IMG/VR virus record: IMGVR_UViG_3300033171_000001
Span: 1 to 64,000 of that record
Origin: a virus
Taxonomy: Duplodnaviria; Caudoviricetes
Reading direction: 5' to 3' (one strand)
DNA length: 64,000 bases
This document shows positions 37,187-47,042 of this stretch, one piece after another (position 1 is the stretch's first letter; the number at the start of each line of letters is the position of its first letter). The notes under the pieces are model-generated. The model saw nothing but the letters and a program-made list of their open reading frames with translations. It had not been told where the DNA came from and did no database searches. The position numbers and the translations under genes were made by a program.

Positions 37187-37531
37187 ATGAAAATTCGAGT
37201 AAAAACTACATTGTCCCTACCCACTGGGATTTTTGCTAAAGATGCAATCATAGAAGGGAAGAAGGATGAGATTGATGAATTTTTGCTTAAGGAAATTGAG
37301 ATGAAATCAGGAACAGTGGAGGTGCTTGAGGATGATGAAGAAGTTGAAGCCCGTCCTGTTCTAGATAATAATGACCGTGGTAATAAAGATTCGGATGCTA
37401 AGGAAGATGTAACTACGAATACTCCTAATCTTATTGAAGAAGTAGTTGAAGTAAAAGAAGAAGTAAAAGAAGACCCCGTTCCAACAAAGAAGCCCGCTGC
37501 CAAAAAGAAGACTATTCATAAAAAGAGATAA
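37187..37531 (+). CDS. hypothetical head-associated protein
   Basis: 114 aa after the MCP. Confidence 0.6.
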   Translation: MKIRVKTTLSLPTGIFAKDAIIEGKKDEIDEFLLKEIEMKSGTVEVLEDDEEVEARPVLDNNDRGNKDSDAKEDVTTNTPNLIEEVVEVKEEVKEDPVPTKKPAAKKKTIHKKR

Positions 37532-37562
37532 CCACATTTAGTAGGTATAGAAGGGAAAAACA

Positions 37563-38000
37563 ATGGCACTTACCAAATCAGAGTTATATATTCTCGTAGA
37601 TGTGGAACTAGGAGAACTTGCGGATAGTCTTACGCAGGAAGAAATCAATCGCGCCATTGATAAAGGCATGATTGAACTTGGTTATGATTATCCTGTTGCT
37701 GGTTTAAAACAAATGTGGGCAGTGAACAGGTCAAAACGTCATGCTATTGAAATTCTTCTTCTAACTGCATCAGAGGACTTCAAATTTAATAAACTTGAAC
37801 TTCAACAGCCTTTTGAACACCTCAAGTATCTTGTTTCCTATTATGATGAGCAGTTCATTCTTGCTCAGGAATCTCAGCCCGAACTTTTCCCCAATACTGG
37901 ATTAGGAATTGATCCTGAAACTATGTTTGGGACTTATATCACTAACGGATTTGTTTATGATGCTTCTGGCAACGACATAACCTATCTTCAAGAGGATTAG
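37563..38000 (+). CDS. head-tail adaptor
   Basis: Position, helical. Confidence 0.55.
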   Translation: MALTKSELYILVDVELGELADSLTQEEINRAIDKGMIELGYDYPVAGLKQMWAVNRSKRHAIEILLLTASEDFKFNKLELQQPFEHLKYLVSYYDEQFILAQESQPELFPNTGLGIDPETMFGTYITNGFVYDASGNDITYLQED

Positions 38001-38002
38001 TT

Positions 38003-38629
38003 ATGAGCAGGGTGGGAGAGAAGGTAAAAAAAGCATATACGAGTAATGGGACAGAAATTATTCCACTTAAGGGCGCGACTTTAACAGAGCATCCTAGTGA
38101 ATACATCCTAACCAAGCTGAGTAATCAGGCGACAAAAGTCTTTATTCAGGAGTTCTATCTTAAAGGATATTTCCCCTATGACACCGTTCTTGTTAGCGGA
38201 GATTATCTTAGAACTGTATATGATAACGAAACATATATGGTAATGAACCTGAATAATGAGACTTTCAGAAATGAGATTATTCAAAGACACGCAACTTTAT
38301 ACAAGATAAACAATACAGTAAAAGTTCAACGAAAAGTAATGGTTCTCAACCCGTCAACCTTTGTTGATGAGCCGACATGGGTGGATCAGTATGATTTAGA
38401 CATTCCTTGTGTTGTTACTAATACTCGCTTTGGTGCTGAGGTTTCTGATTATAACAATATCGGTGAAGTTCTTCTTGATGCTCTTTTGGTATATGTATCC
38501 AGACATTATGATATTAGAGAATTTGATAGGCTTGTGTTTGGAACAGGTGAGACAATGATGGTAGAGAATGTGGATAAGTATAACTATGGTTTTGCTTATG
38601 AATTGAAAATGACCCAGGATAACCGTTAA
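38003..38629 (+). CDS. head closure/stopper-like protein
   Basis: Position, beta-rich, IREFDRLVF. Confidence 0.55.
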   Translation: MSRVGEKVKKAYTSNGTEIIPLKGATLTEHPSEYILTKLSNQATKVFIQEFYLKGYFPYDTVLVSGDYLRTVYDNETYMVMNLNNETFRNEIIQRHATLYKINNTVKVQRKVMVLNPSTFVDEPTWVDQYDLDIPCVVTNTRFGAEVSDYNNIGEVLLDALLVYVSRHYDIREFDRLVFGTGETMMVENVDKYNYGFAYELKMTQDNR

Positions 38630-38653
38630 ACGAATAGAAAACAGGTAGGAGAC

Positions 38654-39037
38654 ATGAGTCTAACTATTTATGTAGTGGAACGTGGTGGAGATAAGAATAA
38701 GACTTTAGAGAGTGTTGCGGGGCTTAATGCGAAGATAGTGGAGAAATCAAAGAACACCTCTTGTTCTGGATTTAGTAATTGCGACACTGATTGGTATATG
38801 ATTCTTTTTACAGATGAACATATTGAACCAATTCTTGTCAAGGCCATTCCAGAGTTCATGCAGTCTGATTATGATTATTTCCGAATCTACAGAGTCATGG
38901 ATACAGGTGAAGATAATAGAAGGTTCTTTGTTAATCCTAGGTTGTTTAGGAAAGATGTTATTCTGAATAGACACGGGGAGCCTAGTTCTGAGTATGTAGG
39001 AATTGATATACTTGATGGATATATAGTTCATCATTAG
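38654..39037 (+). CDS. truncated GT-A (family 2)-like protein
   Basis: TDWYMILFTDEHIE and NPRLFRK resemble the GT2 DWILxLDADE and RLFR motifs. Confidence 0.4.
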   Translation: MSLTIYVVERGGDKNKTLESVAGLNAKIVEKSKNTSCSGFSNCDTDWYMILFTDEHIEPILVKAIPEFMQSDYDYFRIYRVMDTGEDNRRFFVNPRLFRKDVILNRHGEPSSEYVGIDILDGYIVHH

Positions 39038-39076
39038 ACTTTTTGTTAAGTATATGAAGCAAGGATTTAAAGCACA

Positions 39077-39640
39077 ATGACAGTACAAATAAGAATAAGC
39101 CCTTCCTTCAAGAAGAAAGTTCTTGAAGTAGCAAAAAGAACAAAGGCTTTATATCCTGAAGCCAAGTCCAAAGTAGGAGCACGGGGTGAGTTAATAAGGG
39201 CGTTATCACACAATTATTTTGTACTACTTAGAAATAACCTAGTTTCACAAAAATATCCACAAGCCCCTGCTCCTTACAATCAGGATTATTTGAATTGGAA
39301 ACTTAGAAATTATGGATTTGCAGACCCTTGGTTTCTTGGTGGTGATCTTTTTAGAAACATTGTTATTTATGAACGTGATGGTGGAAGGTCTGTGGGTATT
39401 CCTAAAGGAAGACGCGCAGGGGGAAAGAGTTGGTTCTTTGATAAAGGAGATAAATCAAAGGGATACAATTCGAGAGAAATAACGTATTATGGGTATCTAA
39501 TTGAAAACGGCTCCCCTGGTGGAAAGATTCCTGCCAGACCTGTATTCGGACCAACTCTTGCTGATTTTGTAAAGAAAGATGCAGAAGACATAATAAATAA
39601 AATGTCAAAAAGAATGTTCTCAAAATGGGAGATACGATGA
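39077..39640 (+). CDS. neck/tail completion protein (HK97 gp10-like)
   Basis: YGYLIENG...IPARPVFGPT. Confidence 0.7.
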   Translation: MTVQIRISPSFKKKVLEVAKRTKALYPEAKSKVGARGELIRALSHNYFVLLRNNLVSQKYPQAPAPYNQDYLNWKLRNYGFADPWFLGGDLFRNIVIYERDGGRSVGIPKGRRAGGKSWFFDKGDKSKGYNSREITYYGYLIENGSPGGKIPARPVFGPTLADFVKKDAEDIINKMSKRMFSKWEIR

Positions 39641-39837
39641 GGGTATTTGATATTAGACCGATTGATGTAGAAATTACAACTATTTTTACATTAACAGAGA
39701 TGCGGCACTTGCATTACATATTAAAAAGTGCTATAATTAGGGATGATTTTTATGAGGATAAAGAAGCACTTACCACATATAAAGGGTTTCTGGAATTGAT
39801 TGAAACGCTTATAAAAGAAACGGAAGACGGGCAATAA
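39625..39837 (+). CDS. hypothetical protein
   Basis: 70 aa. Confidence 0.5.
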   Translation: MGDTMRVFDIRPIDVEITTIFTLTEMRHLHYILKSAIIRDDFYEDKEALTTYKGFLELIETLIKETEDGQ

Positions 39838-39838
39838 G

Positions 39839-40312
39839 ATGGCATTACCGGAGATCAGTAAAGAGAAAAACTTTAAAATTTCAATGCGTAAGTATTTATA
39901 TACTAACGCTAATCTTTACTCTCCTCCCATCTCCCTTCTATTCGACACGGGGATGGAGGTTCCTATAAATGAGGACTCTCCATCCCCAAGTTGGATGACT
40001 ATTAATTTTGGCACGTTTATTGTTGGAACATTAAATGAAGCAATGGTGGACATTTATTGTTGCGCTCGAAATGATACGTCAAGTGATGTGGTGAGTGATC
40101 TAAGGGATTTACTTGTAGAGTGGTTCACTGATAGTTCTCAATTTGACTCGGCAAGAAGAATCCCAATCTATATAAATTTGAACACTGCTGAAGAAGAAAT
40201 TGTTGGTTGGATGGTTGCGAGCATTGCTTATCAAAGCCCTTTAATGCTGGCAACTGATGGAACTAAATACAAGCTCGTTACAATACAACTAAAATGGAGC
40301 AGTCAATATTAG
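39839..40312 (+). CDS. tail terminator
   Basis: Position before the tail tube; MVDIYCC. Confidence 0.6.
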   Translation: MALPEISKEKNFKISMRKYLYTNANLYSPPISLLFDTGMEVPINEDSPSPSWMTINFGTFIVGTLNEAMVDIYCCARNDTSSDVVSDLRDLLVEWFTDSSQFDSARRIPIYINLNTAEEEIVGWMVASIAYQSPLMLATDGTKYKLVTIQLKWSSQY

Positions 40313-40336
40313 ACTGTTCTAGTTAAAGGAGGCATT

Positions 40337-41233
40337 ATGCCTGGACCACGTACAATCAATCCACAGAGGCTCGCCTTGGGCCTTATGGAAGTTAGGGTCG
40401 GCGCAAGTGCGGCGAATATTGCCACCACTACTCCGGTTCTTACTACTGCTAATTCCCTTGGCGCACTCTCTTCCGCGTCTTACAATAACTCAAAAGAGTA
40501 TTATCAGCATATGAGCGGCTTCCCGATGGTGGAGGACTTTACTACCCCTACACAGGAAACCCAAACCATCACATGTGAATTTGATGAGATGACCCCCAAG
40601 AACCTCGCACTGCTTCAGGGCATCGACCCGACTGCTGCTGGAAGCTCTTGGGTTGGTGAAGGTTACACTGTTGTATCGTCTGCATCGGGAACCTACAACA
40701 CCACTGATGATATTGACGGTGGTGCGGATGCTGAGTCTGATACCTATCGCGTTATCTTCCTAACCGCAACTACCTATTCCGTTTATTCTGACAAGCGCGG
40801 CAAACTCACTGGTGATCAGATTGGTGAAGGGGACACTACTGCGCTGTCTACTTTCACAGACGGGACAACTGAATTAGTTGCAATCCCGGCTAACTTCTTT
40901 GCTGGCACATGGGCGGCTGATGATGTCTTTACGTTCTACATGGCTAAACAGGGGTACGACTCGGCTACTGCCGGGGAGATTAAACTAGGTGAACTGAGTT
41001 CTCCTGATTATGTTCGTGTGGAAGGTTACTATGTATTCCCGAATGGTACGAACACGATGGTTATCATTTTCCCCCGTGCTCAGGTGCGTTCTGAGTCGGC
41101 TGAAATTGCGTTTGCTACAGATACCCACGCAACCATCAGCATCACCTTCAACTCTACCCCTGCGGACTCCTCTGTGACAGGCGGCAATGCTGCTTGGGAT
41201 GGTCAGTCTCTTGGTAAGATCGTTCTTGCGTAG
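40337..41233 (+). CDS. major tail (tube) protein with inserted domain
   Basis: Position before chaperones and TMP; biased codons; followed by hairpin 41241-41270. Confidence 0.8.
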   Translation: MPGPRTINPQRLALGLMEVRVGASAANIATTTPVLTTANSLGALSSASYNNSKEYYQHMSGFPMVEDFTTPTQETQTITCEFDEMTPKNLALLQGIDPTAAGSSWVGEGYTVVSSASGTYNTTDDIDGGADAESDTYRVIFLTATTYSVYSDKRGKLTGDQIGEGDTTALSTFTDGTTELVAIPANFFAGTWAADDVFTFYMAKQGYDSATAGEIKLGELSSPDYVRVEGYYVFPNGTNTMVIIFPRAQVRSESAEIAFATDTHATISITFNSTPADSSVTGGNAAWDGQSLGKIVLA

Positions 41234-41302
41234 TTAACTAAACAGGGGGATATATTTCAATCCCCCTGTTATAAACAAAGAATATAGGAGAAGTATTTAA
41301 AA

Positions 41303-41671
41303 ATGTCGAATATAGATGTAGAAACCAGGGAACTTACGGTTGGTATTAAGACGCGGGAGAGCGTTAAAATTTACCCTTTATCCTTCGCTGCGCAAAAAGA
41401 ATTTACTAAGCAGATAAGCGAGATGCTTGAAACTTTCGCAAAGAAGGAACAGGATGCCTCTACTATTGATATTGTAAAGATGATCTTTCAATTAATCGAA
41501 GATAATCTTATTAAGATTATGAAGTTGGTTGCGGATTACGATGTTGAACTAAATAATATAGATAATAATCAGATTTCGGAATTATGTACTATTATTTTCG
41601 AAATGAACTACGAAACACCAGTAAAAAACGTACAAAGCCTCAAGAAAAGAATAAGCGACCTCTGGACATAG
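41303..41671 (+). CDS. tail assembly chaperone (gpG-like)
   Basis: Position; slippery A AAA AAC at 41623-41629. Confidence 0.75.
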   Translation: MSNIDVETRELTVGIKTRESVKIYPLSFAAQKEFTKQISEMLETFAKKEQDASTIDIVKMIFQLIEDNLIKIMKLVADYDVELNNIDNNQISELCTIIFEMNYETPVKNVQSLKKRISDLWT

Positions 41672-41994
41672 ATGAGATCATTACTTCGATTCTTGCGGCC
41701 TATCCACAAATAACATTATCAAACATTCTCTACGACCCCGTTTACAAAGGCGGCATAACGCCCGCACAATTAAACGTACTGTATGAGAAAGCGGCTATAA
41801 GGCAACATAACAACTACAGAATACTTGCCTCATTTCAAGGTGTCAAAATTCCTGCAATAGATGAGATGAAAAAGCCCGAAGATAAATATGCTGATTGGAC
41901 CGATGAAGAGAAACAGGCTGAAACAGAACGGCAAATGAAACAGTTCGCTAAAGCCTTCGGACAGGGTAGTATTGAAATAATAAACAAGGATTAA
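41623..41994 (+). CDS. -1 frameshift extension of the chaperone (gpGT-like; fusion 41303-41994)
   Basis: gtA AAA AAC is in the correct frame; the -1 frame is open to 41994. Confidence 0.75.
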   Translation, partial: KKRTKPQEKNKRPLDIDEIITSILAAYPQITLSNILYDPVYKGGITPAQLNVLYEKAAIRQHNNYRILASFQGVKIPAIDEMKKPEDKYADWTDEEKQAETERQMKQFAKAFGQGSIEIINKD

Positions 41995-42013
41995 CCCCTC
42001 GATAGAATAAACG

Positions 42014-42063
42014 ACAAATAGCAAGCGATATATCCGACAAGCGGAGTGTCGCTTGCTATTTGT
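42014..42063. other. 17-bp-stem hairpin upstream of the tape measure gene
   Basis: ACAAATAGCAAGCGATA/TGTCGCTTGCTATTTGT with inner TCCG/CGGA. Confidence 0.6.
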
Positions 42064-42092
42064 TTAGTAAGATATAAAAGGAACGTATATTT

Positions 42093-45000
42093 ATGGCTAA
42101 TCAATATAAGAATGAACTCGCGGTTACTTTCGCAGGTAAGGTTGACGCTTCTTTTAAGAAGGCTGTTAATGACGTTTCTTCTTCTTTAAAGGGGCTTGCC
42201 GGTTCGGGTGGAGGTGGCGGGGCCATTTCTAATGTAGATAAGCAGTCAAAAAGTGCTGCCAAATCTATGGGCATTTTTTCAGGGGCAACCAATTCAGTAG
42301 TGAGTGCTTTTAAAACCCTTGCTAGGTTTGCTGCTGCCGGGGCTATTTTTGGTGGTATAACAAAAGCCATAACAAGTTCTGTATCTGCTGTTGTTGAGTA
42401 CGATCAGGCATTAAAGAATTTACAAGCTATTACTAACTCTTCTAATTTCGAAGTAGAAGCGTTTGGCCGCAAGATGATAGAGGTATCTAACAATACCAAA
42501 TTCAGTGCCAACGAAGTTGCTCAAGCAATGGTGTATTTAGGGCAGTCTGGTTTCGCCGCTAGAGAAGCCTTGGAATCAATTGATGCTATTGCGTCAGTTG
42601 CTACCGGTACACTAACAGATTTCGCTCTTACTGCTGATTTATTTACTTCTGCTATTCGGGCTTTCCAACTAGAGACTGCTGAATCTGCCAGAGTTGCGGA
42701 TATATTTGCGTCTGCGGTTAATAAATCAAAATTGACTATTCAGGGTATGCGTACCATTTTTAACTATGTTGGTGCGTCTGCGGCTCAGGCGGGAGTTCAG
42801 TTAGAAGAAGTTGCAGCGGCGGCAGGACTACTCGCTAATAATGGTATGCGTTTTAGTACGGTTGGTACATCCATGCGTAATGTTATTTCACGCATGATTG
42901 CCCCGTCTAAGAAAATGCGGACAGAGCTAGCCTATGCTGGATTGACTATAGATCAAATTAACCCGCGCATTGTTGGATTTCAGAAGGCAATGCAGAATCT
43001 CTCCAAAATACTGGTAGATCAGAAAACGGGTTTAGCCGATGCAGGAAAGGCGTATGAATTATTTGGTTTGCGTGGGCAACAGGCGGCTAACGTGTTTGTT
43101 CGCACATTTACCTCTGGTGAATACGAACAAATGTTGGATAATATCACAGGAGTGGGCGAAGCATTTAGGCAGCAGTTGAAACAGCAGGAAGGTCTAGGGG
43201 TTAAACTCAAAAACTTAGGTGACAGATTTAAAAACTTAGGTGTTGCTATTGGAGAACTCGGACTAAAGGGAATAATTGAGGGACTCATTGATTCCCTGTC
43301 TAGTTTTGTTCTATGGTTAAGCAAAAGCGTAACATCTTTAACTAAATTTATTAATATAGCAAAAGCCGCAAAGGGAGATGTTGAAGCACGAACCTCATTA
43401 GTTTTAGCTGAAGCAGAGGCGTATAGAGAGGGTTCTGCGGCTCTTGAAAAATATATTCAGGTTTTAGCTAATATACAAAAATCTGGTGAGAAATCTTTTG
43501 ATACTCAAAAAGAGATCAATCGTGTATTGGAATTATTACGTGAAAATTATCCAGAACTTATTGGAAAAGTAAATGTATATGGACGAGATTTAGAAAAATT
43601 AATTCCTATATTACAGAAGTACAATGAAGAATTAAATCAATCAGACCCTAAAGCTATTACTAAGGCGATGGCGACTAATAGGGCAGATATTAAAGAAACT
43701 GAAAAAGAAGTATCTAAATTAACCAAAAGATATAAGGAATTAACAAGTGGTCTATCCCTTGCACGAGCGGACTCTGCGAAGAGTTATTTACAAAAAGAAC
43801 TTGCCGAAACGTCTAAACAATTAACTATTGCTACTGATAGATTAAAAAATCTCACGTATGAGCAAAATACCTACATTGCCTCTCTTGCTAAAACGGGAGA
43901 GGGAATTACTGACTCCTGGGATATTATTGCGAAGGCTAACGCAAAGGCTATTGAGGAGTCTGAAAATGCTTTTAAAGCGTGGCGCGATTTATTAGATGAT
44001 TTAGGTCCGCATTGGCAAGCGGCATGGAAGAAAGTGACCAAAACAGGAAGCGTGACCTTACAGGAAGACTTTATACAGGCTGCTAAAGATGCGGCTGCGG
44101 CTGCCGAAGAGACGATTACAGCTTTATCTGAGACTCGTCTTTTATCTGCGGATGATAAAAGCAGTATTCGTTCTACAAAATTTAACGAAGCCTTGGCTAA
44201 GTTTTGGAAAGAACAAAACAAAGATGCAGAAAGAGAAAGAGAAAAAGCACAGAGAAGAGCTAAAGAACTTTTTCAAAAAAACATCAATGCAGAAAAGGCT
44301 ACATTAGATAAGTCTCTAGCGAATGTTAGACAAACAGAAGCAGAAAAAGAGAAAGCCCTAACCGCAAGCAATGCCACCAAATTACAGCGTCTACGCGCCC
44401 AAGAAGATATAGATAATGCTGAATTTGAAGCCAGGAAGAAATCCGCAAAGAAGATGCTTGACCTTGCTATTGAATCTGCAAAGGAGCGAGGAGATGAGAC
44501 GAAGGTAGTAGAAGCTAAATATAGGGCAGATCTAAATGCTCTAATTGTTGAAAATGATACAAAGGCTATTGAACGGGAACGTGCTATATTTGAAGAACGT
44601 ATGGCCAACCCCGAAGACTTTGCAGATGCTTGGGAAAGCGCAATGCGTTCCATTGAGAAATCCACCAAGTCTTCTTTCTCCAAAGTAAGAGATTGGATTG
44701 TAAATTCTGTAGATGAGTTTGCGGATTCTTCTGCCGATGCTTTCCTTGATTTTGTTGAGGGGACTAAAAATGCAGGGGAGGCTTTCAGTGAGATGGCCTA
44801 TTCCATTCTTCGTGACCTGACTAAGATGATTATTAAGCAGCAGATTCTCAATGCTGTTATGTCAGGAATGGAGGCCATGTCCGGCATGGGTGGTTTTCTT
44901 GGTTCCGTAGGAAGTTTCTTCGCAGGCGCAATGGGGTCAAACCACAGCGGCGGCATGGCAGGAAAGGCTTCTTCAATCAAGAAGCAACTGGACCCTTCCG

Positions 45001-45269
45001 CTTTCATCAACGCCCCTCGATTCCACAATGGCGGCGAAGTTCCCGCAGTATTGGAAAAGGGGGAAGTGGTACAAACAAGGGAACAGGCGGCACAGTCCAG
45101 GGAACCTAGAAATGTCCGGGTGGTTATTGAGAACAAGACAGGAACACAGGTTGGAAACGCTACCGCAACTTCATCTATAAATATGGGTGAGGAAATAATC
45201 AGGATTGTTCTTGATGGCATCGATAGAAATAGAAGCGGCCTGAGAACTAAAGTAGCCTCTGTGCGTTAG
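42093..45269 (+). CDS. tape measure protein (TP901-like core)
   Basis: 1058 aa, Ala-rich helical; TKFSANEVAQAM..LGQSG; GGEVPAVLEKGEVV. Confidence 0.92.
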   Translation: MANQYKNELAVTFAGKVDASFKKAVNDVSSSLKGLAGSGGGGGAISNVDKQSKSAAKSMGIFSGATNSVVSAFKTLARFAAAGAIFGGITKAITSSVSAVVEYDQALKNLQAITNSSNFEVEAFGRKMIEVSNNTKFSANEVAQAMVYLGQSGFAAREALESIDAIASVATGTLTDFALTADLFTSAIRAFQLETAESARVADIFASAVNKSKLTIQGMRTIFNYVGASAAQAGVQLEEVAAAAGLLANNGMRFSTVGTSMRNVISRMIAPSKKMRTELAYAGLTIDQINPRIVGFQKAMQNLSKILVDQKTGLADAGKAYELFGLRGQQAANVFVRTFTSGEYEQMLDNITGVGEAFRQQLKQQEGLGVKLKNLGDRFKNLGVAIGELGLKGIIEGLIDSLSSFVLWLSKSVTSLTKFINIAKAAKGDVEARTSLVLAEAEAYREGSAALEKYIQVLANIQKSGEKSFDTQKEINRVLELLRENYPELIGKVNVYGRDLEKLIPILQKYNEELNQSDPKAITKAMATNRADIKETEKEVSKLTKRYKELTSGLSLARADSAKSYLQKELAETSKQLTIATDRLKNLTYEQNTYIASLAKTGEGITDSWDIIAKANAKAIEESENAFKAWRDLLDDLGPHWQAAWKKVTKTGSVTLQEDFIQAAKDAAAAAEETITALSETRLLSADDKSSIRSTKFNEALAKFWKEQNKDAEREREKAQRRAKELFQKNINAEKATLDKSLANVRQTEAEKEKALTASNATKLQRLRAQEDIDNAEFEARKKSAKKMLDLAIESAKERGDETKVVEAKYRADLNALIVENDTKAIERERAIFEERMANPEDFADAWESAMRSIEKSTKSSFSKVRDWIVNSVDEFADSSADAFLDFVEGTKNAGEAFSEMAYSILRDLTKMIIKQQILNAVMSGMEAMSGMGGFLGSVGSFFAGAMGSNHSGGMAGKASSIKKQLDPSAFINAPRFHNGGEVPAVLEKGEVVQTREQAAQSREPRNVRVVIENKTGTQVGNATATSSINMGEEIIRIVLDGIDRNRSGLRTKVASVR

Positions 45270-45293
45270 CATATAAAGAATAAGGAACATACA

Positions 45294-45848
45294 ATGTCAT
45301 TTAAATTGAAAGACGCCAACAACATCGCCATTGGCCCCGCAGAAATACTAATTGGAGATAGTGCTTCCAATTTAGAATTTATAAATCCGGTTCTGAACCA
45401 AGATAACTACTTCGGTTATGCAGAGGTCACGAATATCGTTTATAGTACTCAATACAATAGCAGGACTTATGTTAATACTAATTATGATGCGGAAGACTAT
45501 AAAGCAGATAGAACCTCCTGCACCATAGAGATGCAGACTGTTGAGTTGAGTAAGGATATATTGAAATTGTTGATAGGTATTGATCCAGCTAGTAATGGTA
45601 ATATAATTCCAATACACAAGATAGCCGATGTTGACTTTAGACTGGAAATAACCTATAATTATCCAAACAAAACAAGGAAATTACAATTGGTGTTTCCGAA
45701 GATTAGGATAAGAAGTGGATTGAATTTAAGCCTAACAGGGGATGCTGAAGTTAGTCAGTCATTATATATGTACGCGCTACCTGTTTATACCGAGCCGTGG
45801 GAAAATTACAACTTAGGTATAGTTTACTTAGATGGGTTTGGAGATTAA
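45294..45848 (+). CDS. tail-tube paralog (minor tail protein)
   Basis: Aligns with 40337-41233 (IAIGPAEILIG/LALGLMEVRVG; LLIGIDP/LLQGIDP; LVFPKIRI/IIFPRAQV). Confidence 0.7.
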   Translation: MSFKLKDANNIAIGPAEILIGDSASNLEFINPVLNQDNYFGYAEVTNIVYSTQYNSRTYVNTNYDAEDYKADRTSCTIEMQTVELSKDILKLLIGIDPASNGNIIPIHKIADVDFRLEITYNYPNKTRKLQLVFPKIRIRSGLNLSLTGDAEVSQSLYMYALPVYTEPWENYNLGIVYLDGFGD

Positions 45849-45850
45849 AT

Positions 45851-46708
45851 ATGGCAAAGGCTAAAGGTATAATAAATGAGGAAGGCCGCACATGCACTAA
45901 GTGTGGTGAGTTTAAAGCATGGGATGAGTTTAGCAATGGGAAGCAAGGGATTAGGGGGAAGCGTAGTCAATGTAAAGGGTGTGATAAACAGTATACTAAG
46001 AAATACTATGAAGAAAATCATGATGCTAAAAAAGAATACAGTAAACAATACTATGAAGAAAATCGTGATGTTAAATTAGAAAAGAGAAAACAATATTATG
46101 AAGAAAATCGGGATATTGTAATAGAAAAGAGTAAACAATATTATGAAGAAAATCGTGATATTATAGTAGAAAAGAAAAAACAATATAATATTTCTCCTGC
46201 TAAATATGAAGTCTATACAGATAAATTAACACCTCTTGAATCTCCAAGAGAGTCTAAAGAAGGGTATTTAGAAGTAAAATGTGCCACGTGTAAGAAATAC
46301 TTTATTCCAACTAATCAACAAGTACAGGATAGAATAAGATCATTAAATGGGAATGCAACAGGAGAAAGGAGACTCTACTGTTCCGACTCTTGTAAAGAAT
46401 CCTGTTCTGTATTCGGAAGACGTATATATCCAAAAGGCTTCAAAAAACCTAATAATAGAGAATATTCAATTGAATTTAGACAAATGATCCTTGAACGTGA
46501 CAACTACACCTGTCAAGTCTGTAATAACCGATTCGATAAGAAACATCTACAGGCTCACCATATAACACCTGTAGTATGCTCGCCAATGGAACAAGTAGAC
46601 ATTGATAATGGCATTTGTGTTTGTAAAGAGTGTCACGTTAATCTACACCTAACACAAGAGGGAATCACTTATTCTGAATTAGCTAAAGCTGGTAAGGAGA
46701 AGGATTAA
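45851..46708 (+). CDS. HNH endonuclease, paralog of 29951-30955, four 15-aa repeats
   Basis: Near-identical N- and C-terminal domains. Confidence 0.85.
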   Translation: MAKAKGIINEEGRTCTKCGEFKAWDEFSNGKQGIRGKRSQCKGCDKQYTKKYYEENHDAKKEYSKQYYEENRDVKLEKRKQYYEENRDIVIEKSKQYYEENRDIIVEKKKQYNISPAKYEVYTDKLTPLESPRESKEGYLEVKCATCKKYFIPTNQQVQDRIRSLNGNATGERRLYCSDSCKESCSVFGRRIYPKGFKKPNNREYSIEFRQMILERDNYTCQVCNNRFDKKHLQAHHITPVVCSPMEQVDIDNGICVCKECHVNLHLTQEGITYSELAKAGKEKD

Positions 46709-46711
46709 TAT

Positions 46712-47041
46712 ATGAATACTTTCCCAAATATTACACCAACTACTATTACTGAATCCCTTGTGAAGGCACAAACACGGACACCGTTCTCAGACGGCTCCGT
46801 GCAATCGCGGGTTCGCCATACACGGGGCAGATCGAAGTGGCAATTGGATTTTACAACACTAAATGTATCCGAAATAAATGAAATAAAGACATTCTTTTAT
46901 GCTAATCAGGGGGACTTGTTCTACTGGACGCACCCCATGACATTAGTTCAATACGAAGCGAGATTTAGTGAGAATGAAATTCAAGTAGAATATCAGTCCC
47001 CGACTAATTGTTCAACCACCGTTCAAATAGAGGAATCATAA
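46712..47041 (+). CDS. distal tail protein (lambda gpM-like)
   Basis: PFSDGSVQSR..FF....LFYWTHP. Confidence 0.75.
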   Translation: MNTFPNITPTTITESLVKAQTRTPFSDGSVQSRVRHTRGRSKWQLDFTTLNVSEINEIKTFFYANQGDLFYWTHPMTLVQYEARFSENEIQVEYQSPTNCSTTVQIEES

Positions 47042-47042
47042 A

